Shown here: piece by piece, positions 44,366 to 55,929 of the stretch
Layout: the number at the start of each line of letters is the position of its first letter
How positions within the stretch are numbered: the stretch's first letter is position 1
NCBI GenBank assembly: GCA_963823035.1
Contig: CAWGKG010000007.1
Coordinates: forward strand, 32,001-96,000
Direction of reading: 5' to 3'
Source: an uncultured Gemmatimonadales bacterium
GTDB lineage: Bacteria; Gemmatimonadota; Gemmatimonadetes; Longimicrobiales; Gaopeijiaceae
Length of the DNA stretch: 64,000 nucleotides
Position numbers and translations under genes: made by a program
Notes under the pieces: generated by a model
Databases searched by the model: none
What the model saw: only the letters and a program-made list of their open reading frames with translations
What the model was told of the DNA's origin: nothing

Positions 44366-44874
44366 CGGGACCCCCTCTGCCCGTAAAGCCGCTCGACGAG
44401 CCGCCCTTGCTCTCTTCCGGACATCCTGGCTAAAGCACTGCTGGTAAAATGTTTACTATCTGTTACTTCACGTATCACATGGATACCTGGCGGCGGCGCC
44501 GGGATGGGCTCGTCCTCGTGCTCCAACTCGATCTCGAGGAGCGTGAGTCCCTCGAGCGGGCCCTGGAACCGATCCAACTCCCACCGGCCGACCGGGTAGC
44601 GCACCTTGTCGATCACGCGCTCCTCCGCGGCTTCCAGAAGGCCCTCCGCGACGTCCTCCGGCACGACGGTCTCCACCTCCCGCCGCTTCCGGCCCTTCCC
44701 GCTCTTCAGCGTCAGCACCGGCCCGCGAGGCTCCCCGGTGCGGATGCGCACGGAGGGTGTGCCCGTCCGGACGTATCCCTGCCTGAAGGTGAGGCCGTCG
44801 CCGAGGTCGGCCCAGATTCCAGGATCGACGCGGACCAGGTATCGGCGCTCGATCTCGAAGGGCCCCTTCTCCAT
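44362..44874 (-). CDS. CYTH domain protein
   Basis: EIERRYLV, QGY, VRIR, KVRY, EIEL, REVT. Confidence 0.88.
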   Translation of the reverse strand: MEKGPFEIERRYLVRVDPGIWADLGDGLTFRQGYVRTGTPSVRIRTGEPRGPVLTLKSGKGRKRREVETVVPEDVAEGLLEAAEERVIDKVRYPVGRWELDRFQGPLEGLTLLEIELEHEDEPIPAPPPGIHVIREVTDSKHFTSSALARMSGREQGRLVERLYGQRGSR

Positions 44875-45578
44875 CAGACGCCTGGCTTCCTTCCGAGCAC
44901 CGCGATCCTCCTGCGAAGGACGGGCACGAACCGCTGGAGGAACCGTTCCGCGACCCTCAGCCCGGGAACGTGCGACTCCGCGTAGTACGCGCGCTCGATC
45001 TCGAACCCTGCCTCGCGCATCATCGACGTCAGGCGCCCCATCGACTTGTAGTCGACGTGGCTCACGTCCCGCTTCATCAGGATCTCGTGGTTCTTGAGGA
45101 TCTCGAGGACGTGGCCTCGGTGGGGCGTCCAAACGCTGAAGCGGCCGCCCGGACGCAGGAGGCGGTACGCCTCCGCCACCACCCGCATGGAGTCGTCCGG
45201 GTAGAGGTGCTCGAAGAGGTCCGCGGCGAGAACGACGTCCCACGCCCCCCCTTCCAGCCCCGTGCGCCCCGCGTCGGCGCACACGAACCGCAGGTTGTCG
45301 TGCGGCTCCCGCTCGAGGCGCCGCTCGCACAGTGCGACGCTCTTCTCGCTGAAGTCCACGCCCACCATCTCGCGGACCCGATCCGCCAGGGCGAAGGAGA
45401 ACGTTCCCCACCCGCAGCCCAGGTCGACCGCCCGCTCGTCACGCCCGGGCGTGTAGACGTCCAGCACCTTCTCGATCCGATAGCGCTGGAACCGGCTCCG
45501 GGGATCGGAGAGGTGCGCGGAGTCCTCGTAGTAGGTCGTGGCGTCGTAGTACTCCTGCCCGATCCGACCTTCCGTCAT
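44874..45578 (-). CDS. Class I SAM-dependent methyltransferase
   Basis: VDLGCGWG, GVDFS, DLFEHL, LRPGG. Confidence 0.88.
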   Translation of the reverse strand: MTEGRIGQEYYDATTYYEDSAHLSDPRSRFQRYRIEKVLDVYTPGRDERAVDLGCGWGTFSFALADRVREMVGVDFSEKSVALCERRLEREPHDNLRFVCADAGRTGLEGGAWDVVLAADLFEHLYPDDSMRVVAEAYRLLRPGGRFSVWTPHRGHVLEILKNHEILMKRDVSHVDYKSMGRLTSMMREAGFEIERAYYAESHVPGLRVAERFLQRFVPVLRRRIAVLGRKPGV

Positions 45579-45601
45579 CCCGTCTCCCCGTGGCTGCTGG
45601 C

Positions 45602-46328
45602 TCACAGGCGGCCGAACAGATCGATGATCTTGAGCCACCATACCCTCCAGACCGCCTCCCGGACGATCCGCTTGGACATCTTGGAATCCCCCTCGTCCCG
45701 TTCCGTGAAGAGGATGGGGATCTCGACGAGGGAGAACCCCGCCCGGAACGCGCGGTACTTCAACTCGATCTGGAAGGCGTAACCGTTCGAGCGGACGCGG
45801 TCGAGCCCCACGGCCTCCAGGACCTTCCGGTTCCAGCAGTTGAAGCCCCCGGTGGCGTCGCGCACCGGCATCCCCGTGATCGTGCGCGCGTACCAGGAGC
45901 CGAACACCGAGATGAAGAGGCGGCTCATCGGCCAGTTCAGGACGTTCACCCGTCCGTTCACGTATCGGGAGCCGATCACCACGTCGTGGTCCCGGGCCGC
46001 GAGCAGGAAGCTCGGCAGCGCGTCCGGGGGGTGCGAGATGTCCGCGTCCATCTCGAAGAGCAGCTCGTAGCCGCGCTCCAGGCCCCAGGCGAAGCCGGCC
46101 AGGTAGGCGCGACCGAGTCCGTCCTTGGCCTTCCGGTGCAGCACGTGGACCCGCGGATCTCGCGGCCGAGAGCTGGTCGGCGACCTGTCCGGTACCGTCC
46201 GGTGACGCGTCGTCGACGACCAGCACCTCGAACCGCTCGTCCTGCTCCAGGATGAGCGGCAGCTTGCGGGGTAGGTTCTCGCGCTCGTTGTACGTCGGTA
46301 CGATGACCAGGAAACGCCCTTCACTCAC
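45602..46328 (-). CDS. Polyprenol-phosphate mannose synthase-like GT2 (frameshift near 46165)
   Basis: PTYNEREN, VDDASPDGT, GLGRAY, EMDADISH, DATGGF, GYAFQIE, SKMS. Confidence 0.88.
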
Positions 46329-47270
46329 CGCGACCCTCCGGTTCTTCCGGCGTCTCCACCTCGCCGACCACCACGGTTCGAAGCCAGAAAGCGCCCGCCG
46401 GGACCAGCTCGACGCCCGTGGTCCACAGCCGGGCGACGATGGCCAGCACGCCTGCGGCCGGCGCTCCCAGGTGCGGGGTGAGCAAGGCGATGAGCGCGCC
46501 CTCGCGCACGCCGATCCCGGCCGGGGCGAAGAGCATCAAGATACCCCAGCAAATAGGCCGCCGCGAAGGCAGACGCCACGGGGACCACACTGGCACGGGC
46601 CCCGAAGCTCGCCGCCAGCACCCAGAAAGCAAAGGCCTGGAGGATCCAGTTCAACGACGAAGAGCACGAGCCATCTCGCCGCGTGCCCCGCACCCAGCGC
46701 CTGGGGCGGCTCCTGCCGCGCCAGACGGAACCAGAGGGCGGCGAGCCGCCGGAACACCGGGGGGAGGAGCCCCACCAGCACCGCCAGCACGAGCACGCCC
46801 GTGAGGGGCACGCCGTAGCGCCGCAGCTCGGGCGGACCCGCGAGCAGGGCGCCCATGCCGACGAGCGCGGCGGCGGCGAGCGTCATCCCCTGCCCCATGA
46901 CCGCCGCCCCGGTCGCGGTTCGCGCCGGCACGCCGTGGCGCCGCGCGAGCACGGCGAGCCCGGCGATCTGCCAGACCTTCCCGGGGAGATACCGACCGAG
47001 GTTGGCGACCATGAACAGCCGGATGGCGACGAACGGGGGGAGCTTCGGCCCGCCCAGGTCGAGCACGATCCGGCCCCAGAGCGACGCAGCCCAGAAATAC
47101 GCGACCAGGAGCAACCCGCACGAGACCAACAGAAGAGGGACGTCGGCCTTCCACAGCGCGGGATCCGAGTGACGGAGCTCGTCGAAGCCGGGGCCCAGTC
47201 GCTCCAGAACGAACCACGTCACCAGGACGGTCAGCGCGAGCTGACCGACGAGGATCAGAGCCCTCTTCAG
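46321..47270 (-). CDS. Lysylphosphatidylglycerol-synthase-TM (flippase-like) membrane protein (frameshifts near 46540-46660)
   Basis: NLGRYLPGKVW, PAGIGVREG; probable CTG start at 47270. Confidence 0.8.
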
Positions 47271-49817
47271 ACGGCCCTCCTCCGACGGTCGCCCACCATG
47301 CCGGACAGACCGAGCGCGACGAGCACGACCGAGGTCACCAGGCTGAGCCCGAGGCTACCCACGAGCACGTCGGAGTGGTACCCCATCTCGACCGTGTGCT
47401 CGCCCGCCCCGACCGGCACCGCCCGTAGCGTGTGGTAGGCACGCAGGACGGGCGCCTCCTCACCGTCCACGGAGGCGTGCCAGGCCGGGTACCAGTTGTC
47501 GGCGACCACGAGCAGCGCGGGTCGATCCGAGGTCACGGAGAGGCTGAGGTGGTTCGGACTGCGCTCGATCCAATGCACCTCCCCCGTGACCGGCCCGCCG
47601 TCCAGCGCCAGGGGCGGAGCTTGCGGCAGGACGACCTCCCGCTCGGGGTCGAAGGCGTCGGAGAGCATGTAGGGAACCGCCTCTTCGTCCGACTTCACCA
47701 CGGCGGAAGCCACGAGCCGCGCGCGCGGGAGGCCGGCGTCGGCCAGCAGCGTCTCGTAGACCTGGCCCTCGCGCAGCTGCGTCTGGGAGATCACACCCTG
47801 CCCCGGCGCGGCTCCGAGCTGGAAGTCGGGCCAGAGGATGTAGCGGACGTTGAGCAGCCGGCGGACGTTCGCGTTGAAGAGGTTCTCGGGCATCTCCGAG
47901 CCGACCATCCCGATCAGCTCCCGGTAGCGCGAGAGGTCGTTCGGGTGGTGGCCCGCCACCAGGTCGATGCCGTACATGGCGGGCTTCACGTCCTGGCCGT
48001 TGTCGGTCAGGACGAGGAGGCGGTAGGGGTCGGCGTCACCGGCTTCCCGGTCGAGGAGAGCGCGGATGTTCGGGTCGGCCCGCGCCCATGTGTCGAAGTC
48101 GAGGACCTGGACGAACGTGCCGTCGACGCGGAGCCCATCGACGCCGACGAGCACCACCAGCCCCGCGACGAGCGCGGCGGGCGCGAGCCAGGCGCGGCGA
48201 ACCGCCCAGACGAGCGCCCACGTGAGCCCGGCCAGCAGCGCGGAGAGGAACGCGCTCCGGACCAGGAAGGGCTGCAGCGCAGCCAGGCGCTGGAGCCGCC
48301 CGGGGTCCAGCCCGGCGTCCACCGTCGTCGTCCACATCGACGTCAGGGTGCCGGACCCGGCGAGCAGCGCGAGGAGCGCCAGGATCCCCGTTCCCACGCC
48401 GAGCACGCGCAGGACGGGCTTCCAGCCCTCGTCGGTGTCCTCGCGGACGGCCCGCAGGACGCGATCGATGCCGAGGGCCGAGAGCGTGGTGAGCGAGAAG
48501 ACGGTGAGGAAGAGCACCATCTCGGCGCTGCGGAAGAGGCGGATTCCCGGGACCAGGGCGTAGAAGATCCCCCACACCGGGGTGTGCGTGCCGAGCGCGA
48601 AGAGGAGGGCCAACGTGCCGAGCCCGGCGAAGAACCATCGAGCACCCCGGCGGGCGCCGCCGGCGAAGGAGACCGCCGCCAGCAACACCATGAGCACGCC
48701 TGCCGTGGGCAGGTTGTCCTTGAAGGGGTTCCGACCCCAGTACGTTCCGCTCGCCCACGGAGCGCCCCCTGCCCCGTTCCCGACGAACTTCGGGATGAGG
48801 AAGCCCATGACCTCCTCGGGGTGCGCCGAGAACATGCTCGACCAGGCGCGCCCCGATTCACCGGCGGCCTCGCGCGTCGTCTGGATGCGCCGCGAGTACT
48901 CGGTCACGTAGCGGGCCGAGGGAACGAACTGCACCGCTGCCAACGCCCCGCCCGCCACCGAGGCGGCGAGAAAGAGCGCGAAGCGGGACAGGGCCGGCGC
49001 GAGCGGGCGCGTCGCGCGGGACCGCGGCAGGTCGGCGTCCTCGGCCGCCGCCTCGTCGTCCGGCACGGCCTCGACGCCCTCCCCGCGGCCACGCGCGAGC
49101 TGCACCGTCCGGAAGACGGCGTACAGCCCCACCGAACCGAAGAGGAAGTACGCCATCTGGAAGTGGGTCGTGAGCATCACCAGGCCCACCACCAGCCCGA
49201 TCGCGGCGAAGCTCTTCGGACCGGGCCGCCGGAAATGGCCCTCGACGGCCCAGAAGAGGAGGGGCGTCAGCGACATGACGAACAGCTTCCCGTCATGGCC
49301 CGGGTGGACGAAGCTGACGAGCATGGGCGCGAGCATGTAGCCGACCCCGGCCACCAGCCCGGAACCCCGCGAGCATCCGATCCGGCGCGCCCACCCGAAC
49401 ATGAAGAGGCCCGCGGCGAAGACGTGGAGGACCAGCTTCCACCCCAGCGCCCGATAGGGCGTCATCAGCAGGAGGAGGAGCAGGGAGGGAGGATAGAGCG
49501 AATCCCCGCCCGTGAGCGCCTCGACGAACGGTGTCCCCCCGAGGATACGCGGGTTCCACAAGCGGGAAGCCCCCGCCCTTCAGCACCTGCGCGTAGAATG
49601 CGCGCGCGACGTAGCCCAGGCTCAGCGTGTCCCCTCCGTAGAGCATCTGGTCGCTGAAGACGAAGGCGCGGAACAGCCACAGCGTGAGGACCGCGAAGAC
49701 GACCGCCGGCACCCAGAGCGGGACGCGCGGCCCGCCCACCCCCTGCTCCGCCCGGGTGGCGCGCACGGCGGCGCCCTTCCTGGCCGTCCTGTTCCGTCTG
49801 CTACCGCTCTTCGCCAT
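47267..49817 (-). CDS. YfhO family GT-C-fold membrane protein (frameshift near 49565)
   Basis: WNPRILGGTPF, HFQMAY, LFRS, PRARLV, YPAWHASVDG, LRAVPVGAGEHTV. Confidence 0.85.
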
Positions 49818-50968
49818 GGCTCCGTCGCGGGGTTCGAACGCCCGGTCGCGTGGGCCGCCCGCGTCGGCGGACGAGCTCCTCGTAGATCTCCAGATGTCGG
49901 TCGGCGAGGCGCGCGTTGCTCCATCGCTCCACCACCCGCCGCCGCGCGCGCCCGCCGAGGTCAGGAAGATCGGTCCGAGAGAGCAGCGCCACCACCACCC
50001 GGGCGAGATCCTCGGGGTCCCCCGGCCGGAAGAGGGCGCCGACCTCGTCGTCCACGATCTCCGGCAACCCGCCCACGTTCGACGCCGCGACCGGCAAGGC
50101 GCACGCCATGCACTCGAGCGCCGCCACGGACGTCGCCTCCATGAGCGAGGGGAAGATCGCCACCTCGGCGGACGCAAGCAGCGCCGGCATGTCGGCGTGG
50201 GGCCGCGCGCCGAGGAAGCGGATGCGGTCGCTCACGCCCAGCTCGGCCGCGAGGCGCTCCAAGCCGAGCCCGCTCCGGTCCGTCGCCCACGAGCACGGCC
50301 TCGACGTCCACCCGCTCCGCGATCCGCGGAAGGGCGCGCACGAAGAACTCCACCCCGTTCTTCTCGAAGAGCCGGCGTGGGACGATCACGCGCCTGCGGC
50401 CACCCTCGGGCGCCGGGAGGGACGGCTCGATCCTGCGGAACAGGTCGGTGTCCACCCCGTTGGTCAGCGGCTCGACCGCGTGGCCCGGTGCCAGTCCCTC
50501 GGCCACGCGGGCGATCTCGACCGAGGCCGCCAGGTTGTGATCGCCCGCGGCGACGAGCCGCCCGAGGAGCTTGCGCCACACGGGCCGCTCCGCCAGCCGG
50601 AGGAAGTGCGAGGTGTGGAAGGTGGTGACCAGGGGAGCACCCGTGCGCGCGCGGGCGAGCTGGAGCGGCGGCACCGACTGGAATGCCTGCGCGTGCAGGA
50701 CGTCGGCGCGGCGCGCCAGGGCCACGCTCCGGGGTACGGAAACGGCAGCGTGGGCCGCCCATCCCACCTTGTGCTTCCCGGGAAACCAGGTGCGCCACAC
50801 CTCCACGCCATCCATCACCTCGTGCGCCGGCGCCTCCGGCTTCGAGCGGGACGTGACGATCGCCACCTCGTGGCCCCGCGCCGCGAGAGCGCGACACAGG
50901 TGGTACACGTGGCTCTCCAGGCCGCCCACCTCCGGGGGGAAGTAGACGCAATGCATCACGATGTTCAG
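49801..50968 (-). CDS. Glycosyltransferase family 4 (frameshift near 50265)
   Basis: FPPEVGG, TTFH, NGVD, PSLMEATSVAALECMAC, NVGGLPE. Confidence 0.9.
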
Positions 50969-52131
50969 GGCGCCGCTCCGTCGGGGCGGATCCCGCCCCA
51001 GTCGTCGGTCTCCGGCACCTCGCCCGTCAGGTCGGCACGCAGCTGATCCGCGATGCGCTCCCCCGCCCTTCCGTCGCCGTACGGGTTGGACCGGACGGCG
51101 CCGTCCCGTCCTCGGTCGAGGGCGGCCCGGGCGCGGGTCACGATCCGTTCGGCGTCCGTGCCCACGAGCTCCGCCACGCCGGCGTCCACCCCCTCGGGCC
51201 GCTCCGTCACCTCGCGCAGGACGAGCACGGGCGTACCGAAGGTGGGCGCCTCCTCCTGGATGCCCCCCGAGTCCGTGAGCACGACGGCCGCATGCCGCAG
51301 GGCGGCGACCAGGTCGAGGTAGTCGAGCGGAGCGGTGAGGTGGATGCGCGGGTGGTCCGAGAGCAGCTCGGCGGCCGGCTCACGGACGTTCGGGTTGGGA
51401 TGAACCGGGTAGACGACCTCGATGTCCGGCGTCTGGTCGACGAGCGCGCGCACCGCGCCGAACGCCTCCCGCAGCGGCGCGCCGAACGACTCGCGCCGGT
51501 GCGCGGTGAGGAGGACCAGGCGGCCCTCGCCCGTCACCACGCGGCGAAGCGCGTCGTCGCGGATCGGACGCGGACGGCCCGCCACCGACAGCAGCGCGTC
51601 GACCACGGTGTTGCCCGTCACGTGGATCCGCTCGGCCGGCACGCCCTCGGCCAACAGCGCGTCGCGCGCCGTCGCCGTGGGCGCGAAGTACCAGTCGGAG
51701 AGCACGTCGCAGAGTCGACGGAAGATCTCCTCGGGAAACGGGGCCCACTTGTCGTGACTCCTGAGCCCGGCCTCCACGTGGCCGACCTTCACGCGCTCGA
51801 AGTAGCCGACGAGCGCACCGACGAACACGGTGGCCGTGTCCCCCTGCACCAGGAGCGCGTCGGGACGCCAGGCGCGGACGGTGTCGCGCAGCCCGTCCAG
51901 GGCACCGTGCACCACGTCGTAGAGCGTCTGGTCCTCACGCATCAGGTCGAGGTCGTAGTCGGGCACGAGGTCGAACGCCTCGAGGACCTGATCCACCAGC
52001 GACGTGTGCTGCCCGGTCAGGCAGACGCGCGTCTCGAGCTCGGGCGCGTGACGGCGCAGGGCCGCCACGACGGGGGCCATCTTGATGGCCTCCGGCCGGG
52101 TGCCGACGACCACCAGAACGCGGTGGGCCAC
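50965..52131 (-). CDS. wecB: UDP-N-acetylglucosamine 2-epimerase (non-hydrolysing)
   Basis: GTRPEAIKMAP, TGQH, HVEAGLRS, HRRES, TDSGGIQEEAP, NPYGDG. Confidence 0.95.
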   Translation of the reverse strand: MAHRVLVVVGTRPEAIKMAPVVAALRRHAPELETRVCLTGQHTSLVDQVLEAFDLVPDYDLDLMREDQTLYDVVHGALDGLRDTVRAWRPDALLVQGDTATVFVGALVGYFERVKVGHVEAGLRSHDKWAPFPEEIFRRLCDVLSDWYFAPTATARDALLAEGVPAERIHVTGNTVVDALLSVAGRPRPIRDDALRRVVTGEGRLVLLTAHRRESFGAPLREAFGAVRALVDQTPDIEVVYPVHPNPNVREPAAELLSDHPRIHLTAPLDYLDLVAALRHAAVVLTDSGGIQEEAPTFGTPVLVLREVTERPEGVDAGVAELVGTDAERIVTRARAALDRGRDGAVRSNPYGDGRAGERIADQLRADLTGEVPETDDWGGIRPDGAAP

Positions 52132-52136
52132 CGTGC

Positions 52137-53147
52137 TCAGCGCCCCTTCCGGCGCAGGTCCTCCAGCTCGGCGCGCACCTGGGCGACCTGCTCGGACACC
52201 AGGCCGAAGCCGAACAGGAGGGCTCCGAGCGTCTCCAGGAGCATCACGAGGTACAGCAGCGGGCGGTATCCCATGGGGGGAACGTAGGGCGGGAAGCCGA
52301 GCATGGGATGCAGGAAGCGCAGGTAGACGGCGACCATGCCGACCGCACCGCCGAGCGCGGCCAGCGCGAAGCCGGTGGCGCCGAAGAGCAGGAGCGGCTT
52401 GCGGGAGAAGAGGAGGAGGAACCAGACGGACAGGAGGTCCAAAACCCCCACCCCGATGCGCCAAGGCCCGGTGAACTTGGACTCCCCGGCCCGCCGCGGG
52501 AGCAGCTCGATGTCGATCTCCGTGACGCGGTAGCCGCGCGCGTGCGCGAGCACGACGAAGAAGCGGTGCCAGTCGTGGCGCAGCGCCATGCCGTCCAGGA
52601 TGTCGCGACGGAACGCCTTCATCGAGTTGAGGTCGGAGACGGGTACCCTGAAGATCCGCCGCGACAGCCGGTTGTAGACGGAGGACACCGTACGCTTGTC
52701 GTAGCTTCCGACCTTCCGACCGGTGACCACGTCCCACCCCTCCTGGAGCTTGGCGAGGAAGCGCGGGATCTCCTCGGGGCGGTGCTGCAGGTCGGCGTCG
52801 AAGAGCACCAGCCACGTCCGGTCGGTGTGCGCCGCGGCGGTGACCATCGCTTCGGTCTTGCCGAGGTTCGTGCGGTGGCTCACCACGGTGAGCGCGTTCC
52901 AGCCGGCGCCCTCACGGCGGGCGATGTCGGCGGTGCCGTCCGTGGAGCCGTCGTCGATGAGAACGACCTCTCCGTGCAGGTCGAGCGCCTCGAAGGCCGC
53001 GCGCAGCTCCCGCACCAGCTCCGGCACGACGGGCGCCTCGTTGTATGCGGGGACCACGACCGCGAAGTCGCGGCGCATGAGGTCGGACAGGGTCGCCGCA
53101 GCCGACCGTCCGGCGGCCGTCTGCGCGGGGAGGTCGGCCTCGCTCAT
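52137..53147 (-). CDS. ArnC/GtrB-like polyprenol-phosphate glycosyltransferase (GT2, two C-terminal TM)
   Basis: PAYNE, DDGSTDGT, DADLQ, HRF, RRAGESKF, KPL..FG. Confidence 0.88.
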   Translation of the reverse strand: MSEADLPAQTAAGRSAAATLSDLMRRDFAVVVPAYNEAPVVPELVRELRAAFEALDLHGEVVLIDDGSTDGTADIARREGAGWNALTVVSHRTNLGKTEAMVTAAAHTDRTWLVLFDADLQHRPEEIPRFLAKLQEGWDVVTGRKVGSYDKRTVSSVYNRLSRRIFRVPVSDLNSMKAFRRDILDGMALRHDWHRFFVVLAHARGYRVTEIDIELLPRRAGESKFTGPWRIGVGVLDLLSVWFLLLFSRKPLLLFGATGFALAALGGAVGMVAVYLRFLHPMLGFPPYVPPMGYRPLLYLVMLLETLGALLFGFGLVSEQVAQVRAELEDLRRKGR

Positions 53148-53149
53148 CG

Positions 53150-54656
53150 TCAAACCCGCTTGCGCATCCGCGCGGGGAGGATCCCCAACTGGTCGCGGTA
53201 CTTGGCCACGGTGCGGCGCGCGATCTTCACGCCATCCGCCTTGAGGTGCTTCACGATCGCCTGGTCGGTGAGCGGCTTCTTCGCGTCCTCGTCGCCGACC
53301 AGGCTCTTGATCTTGTCCTTCACGCCGCGCGCCGAGATGTCCTCCCCGCTCGTCGTGGAGAGGCCGCTCGAGAAGAAGTACTTGAGGCTGAACACCCCGC
53401 GCGGCGTCTGCACGTACTTCTGGTTCGTGACGCGCGACACGGTGGATTCGTGCATCTCGATGTGGTCCGCCACCTCGCGCAGCGTGAGCGGGCGCAGGTA
53501 CTGCACGCCGCGCTCGAAGAAGTCGCGCTGCCGGTCCACGATGAAGTTCATCACCTTGAGCATCGTCTGCCGGCGCTGTTCGATCGCCTGGATCATCCAG
53601 TTGGCCGAGTTGAGCTTGTTGGAGATGAACTCCTTGTTCTCCCCCGTGAACTTGGACTTGTCGCGAGCCACCTCTCGGTAGGCACGCGAGATGCGCAGGC
53701 GCGGCAGGCTGGTGTCGTTCACGAAGACGTGGTACTCGCCGTCGATCTTCTCGACCACCAGGTCCGGGATGACGTACTGCTCCGGCTCCGCCGAGTACTT
53801 GAGGCCGGGCTTGGGATCGAGGTGGCTGATCTGGTCCGCCGCGGACTGCACCTCCTTCGGGGTGAGGCCGAGCGAGCGGGCGATGTCGTTCCAGCGGTGG
53901 TTGATGAGCGCGTCGAAGTGGTCCTCGATGATCTGGAAGGCCACGGAATCGTGCATGTCCTTCTGGCGGAGCTGGATCAGGATCGACTCGCGCACGTCGC
54001 GCGCGCCGACGCCCGGAGGATCGAAGCCCTGGATCTTCTCCAGCATCGCCTGCGCCTCGGCCACGTCGTAGGGGCGGAAGATCTCCTCCACCTCCGCGAG
54101 CTCGGCCGCCCGCTGGTCCGGGTCCTCGACCTCCTCCGCCGTGCGGATGGCCGCGGGACGCACGTCCTCCAACCACGTGTTGACCCCACACGTCACGTCT
54201 TCGAGGTCGCACACCAGCGTGCCGTGGTCGTCGATGTTGCCGACGATCTCCTCCCCCAGACGAAGCTCCCGCTCGTCCAGCTGCGAGCATCTGCAGCTGC
54301 TCATGCAGGAAATCATGCAGGTCCGCGCTCTCGACCGGGGTCGGCTCGAAGTACTCCTTCTGCTCGTACTGCTGCCTGCGCCCGCCCACGTCGAAACCGT
54401 CCAGGAGGATCTCCTCCCAATCGACCTCGTCGCCGAGCGGCTCGTCCTTGACGTCCTCCTTGAGCTCGACCTCCTGCTGGGTGTCGGCCTCACCCATCTC
54501 GAGGAACGGGTTCTCCGCCATCTCCTCCTTCAGATGCTGCTGCAGGTCGAGCAGGGGCATGTAGAGCAACTCCATCGCCTGATACAGGCGAGGGTTGATC
54601 CGCATCTCCTGCCGGAGCTGCGCGCTCTGATAGAGTCTGGCGTTGAACTGACTCAT
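53150..54656 (-). CDS. rpoN: RNA polymerase sigma-54 factor (frameshift near 54290)
   Basis: ENPFLE, HESTVSR, RpoN box ARRTVAKYR. Confidence 0.96.
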
Positions 54657-54684
54657 TCCGTTCCTTGTATCGGGACGGCGGGGC

Positions 54685-55929
54685 TCAGGACGTCAGCCCG
54701 GCCGATACGTTCGCTTCTTCACGATGGGGACGGGGGTACCGCCCGCGCATCCTTTGAGTGAGCGTGGGACCCAGGTAGATCTCGGCGACCTCGTCGTTCC
54801 ACACCAGCTCGGAGACCGTGCCGCTGACGCGGATGCGCCCCTCGTACATGATGTAGGCCCGGTCCACGATCTCGAGCGTCTGCTCCACGTTGTGGTCCGA
54901 AATGATGACGCCGATGCCCCGGGACTTGAGCCCGCGCACGATCTGCTGGATGTCGTTCACTGCGATCGGGTCGATGCCGGCGAACGGCTCGTCGAGCAGC
55001 ATGAACTTGGGCCGCTGCACCAGCGCGCGCGTGATCTCGAGACGCCGCCGCTCTCCGCCGGAGAGCGAGTACGCCCGACTCTTGCGCAGCGCGCGCAGCC
55101 CCAGCTCCTCCAGGAGGTGCTCGAGGCGCTCCTTCTCCTCCGCGCGACCGAGGGAGAGCGTCTCGAGGATGGCGAGGACGTTCTCCTCGACGGTGAGCTT
55201 GCGGAAGATCGAGGGCTCCTGAGCGAGGTAGCCCACGCCCTTCCGCGCCCGCCGGTACATGGGGACCTTCGTGATGTCGTCGCCGTCGAGGAACACCTGG
55301 CCGGCGTTGGGGGGGATGAGGCCCACCATCATGTAGAAGGTGGTGGTCTTCCCCGCTCCGTTGGGCCCAAGAAGGCCCACGATCTCCCCCTGGCGCACCG
55401 AGATGTCCACCTCGCTCACCACCGTGCGCCGGCGATAGATCTTGGTGAGGCCCTCGGCATAGAGGCGGCTGTCGCCGGCGGTCTCCTGCCGGCGATCCTG
55501 CGAGACGTGGTACGCGCGAGAGCGCCTCACCTCGAGGTTCAGCACCACCTCGCGCAGCTCCCCGAGGACGCGGTACTTGTCCTTGGCGACGTCCGCCCAC
55601 AGGACGGGCTTCATCTGCAGCGCGGACCACGCCTCGTCCGGCTCGTCCCGCGAAGCGATGCCCGCCTCCTCGAGGCGGGGAATGACACGCGACTCGAGGA
55701 AGTGGACGAACGCTTCGCCCTCCGCCCCGAGCATGGACGCCCCGTGACTGCCGAGATCGCTCGACAGGTCCTCGAGGATGTCACGCACCATCGCGAGCCA
55801 CACGCCCCGCTCCGCCCTTCCCCGCGCGTCGGCACGGTCGATGATCACGCCGAGCGCGACCGCTACGGTGAGGTCGTGCGCGTCCAGGCCTTCCGCGAAG
55901 CGCAGAAGCTCCTCTCGTGTCGTCATCAT
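54685..55929 (-). CDS. lptB: LPS export ABC ATPase with ~150-aa N-terminal extension
   Basis: [47 protein letters not shown]. Confidence 0.93.
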   Translation of the reverse strand: MMTTREELLRFAEGLDAHDLTVAVALGVIIDRADARGRAERGVWLAMVRDILEDLSSDLGSHGASMLGAEGEAFVHFLESRVIPRLEEAGIASRDEPDEAWSALQMKPVLWADVAKDKYRVLGELREVVLNLEVRRSRAYHVSQDRRQETAGDSRLYAEGLTKIYRRRTVVSEVDISVRQGEIVGLLGPNGAGKTTTFYMMVGLIPPNAGQVFLDGDDITKVPMYRRARKGVGYLAQEPSIFRKLTVEENVLAILETLSLGRAEEKERLEHLLEELGLRALRKSRAYSLSGGERRRLEITRALVQRPKFMLLDEPFAGIDPIAVNDIQQIVRGLKSRGIGVIISDHNVEQTLEIVDRAYIMYEGRIRVSGTVSELVWNDEVAEIYLGPTLTQRMRGRYPRPHREEANVSAGLTS

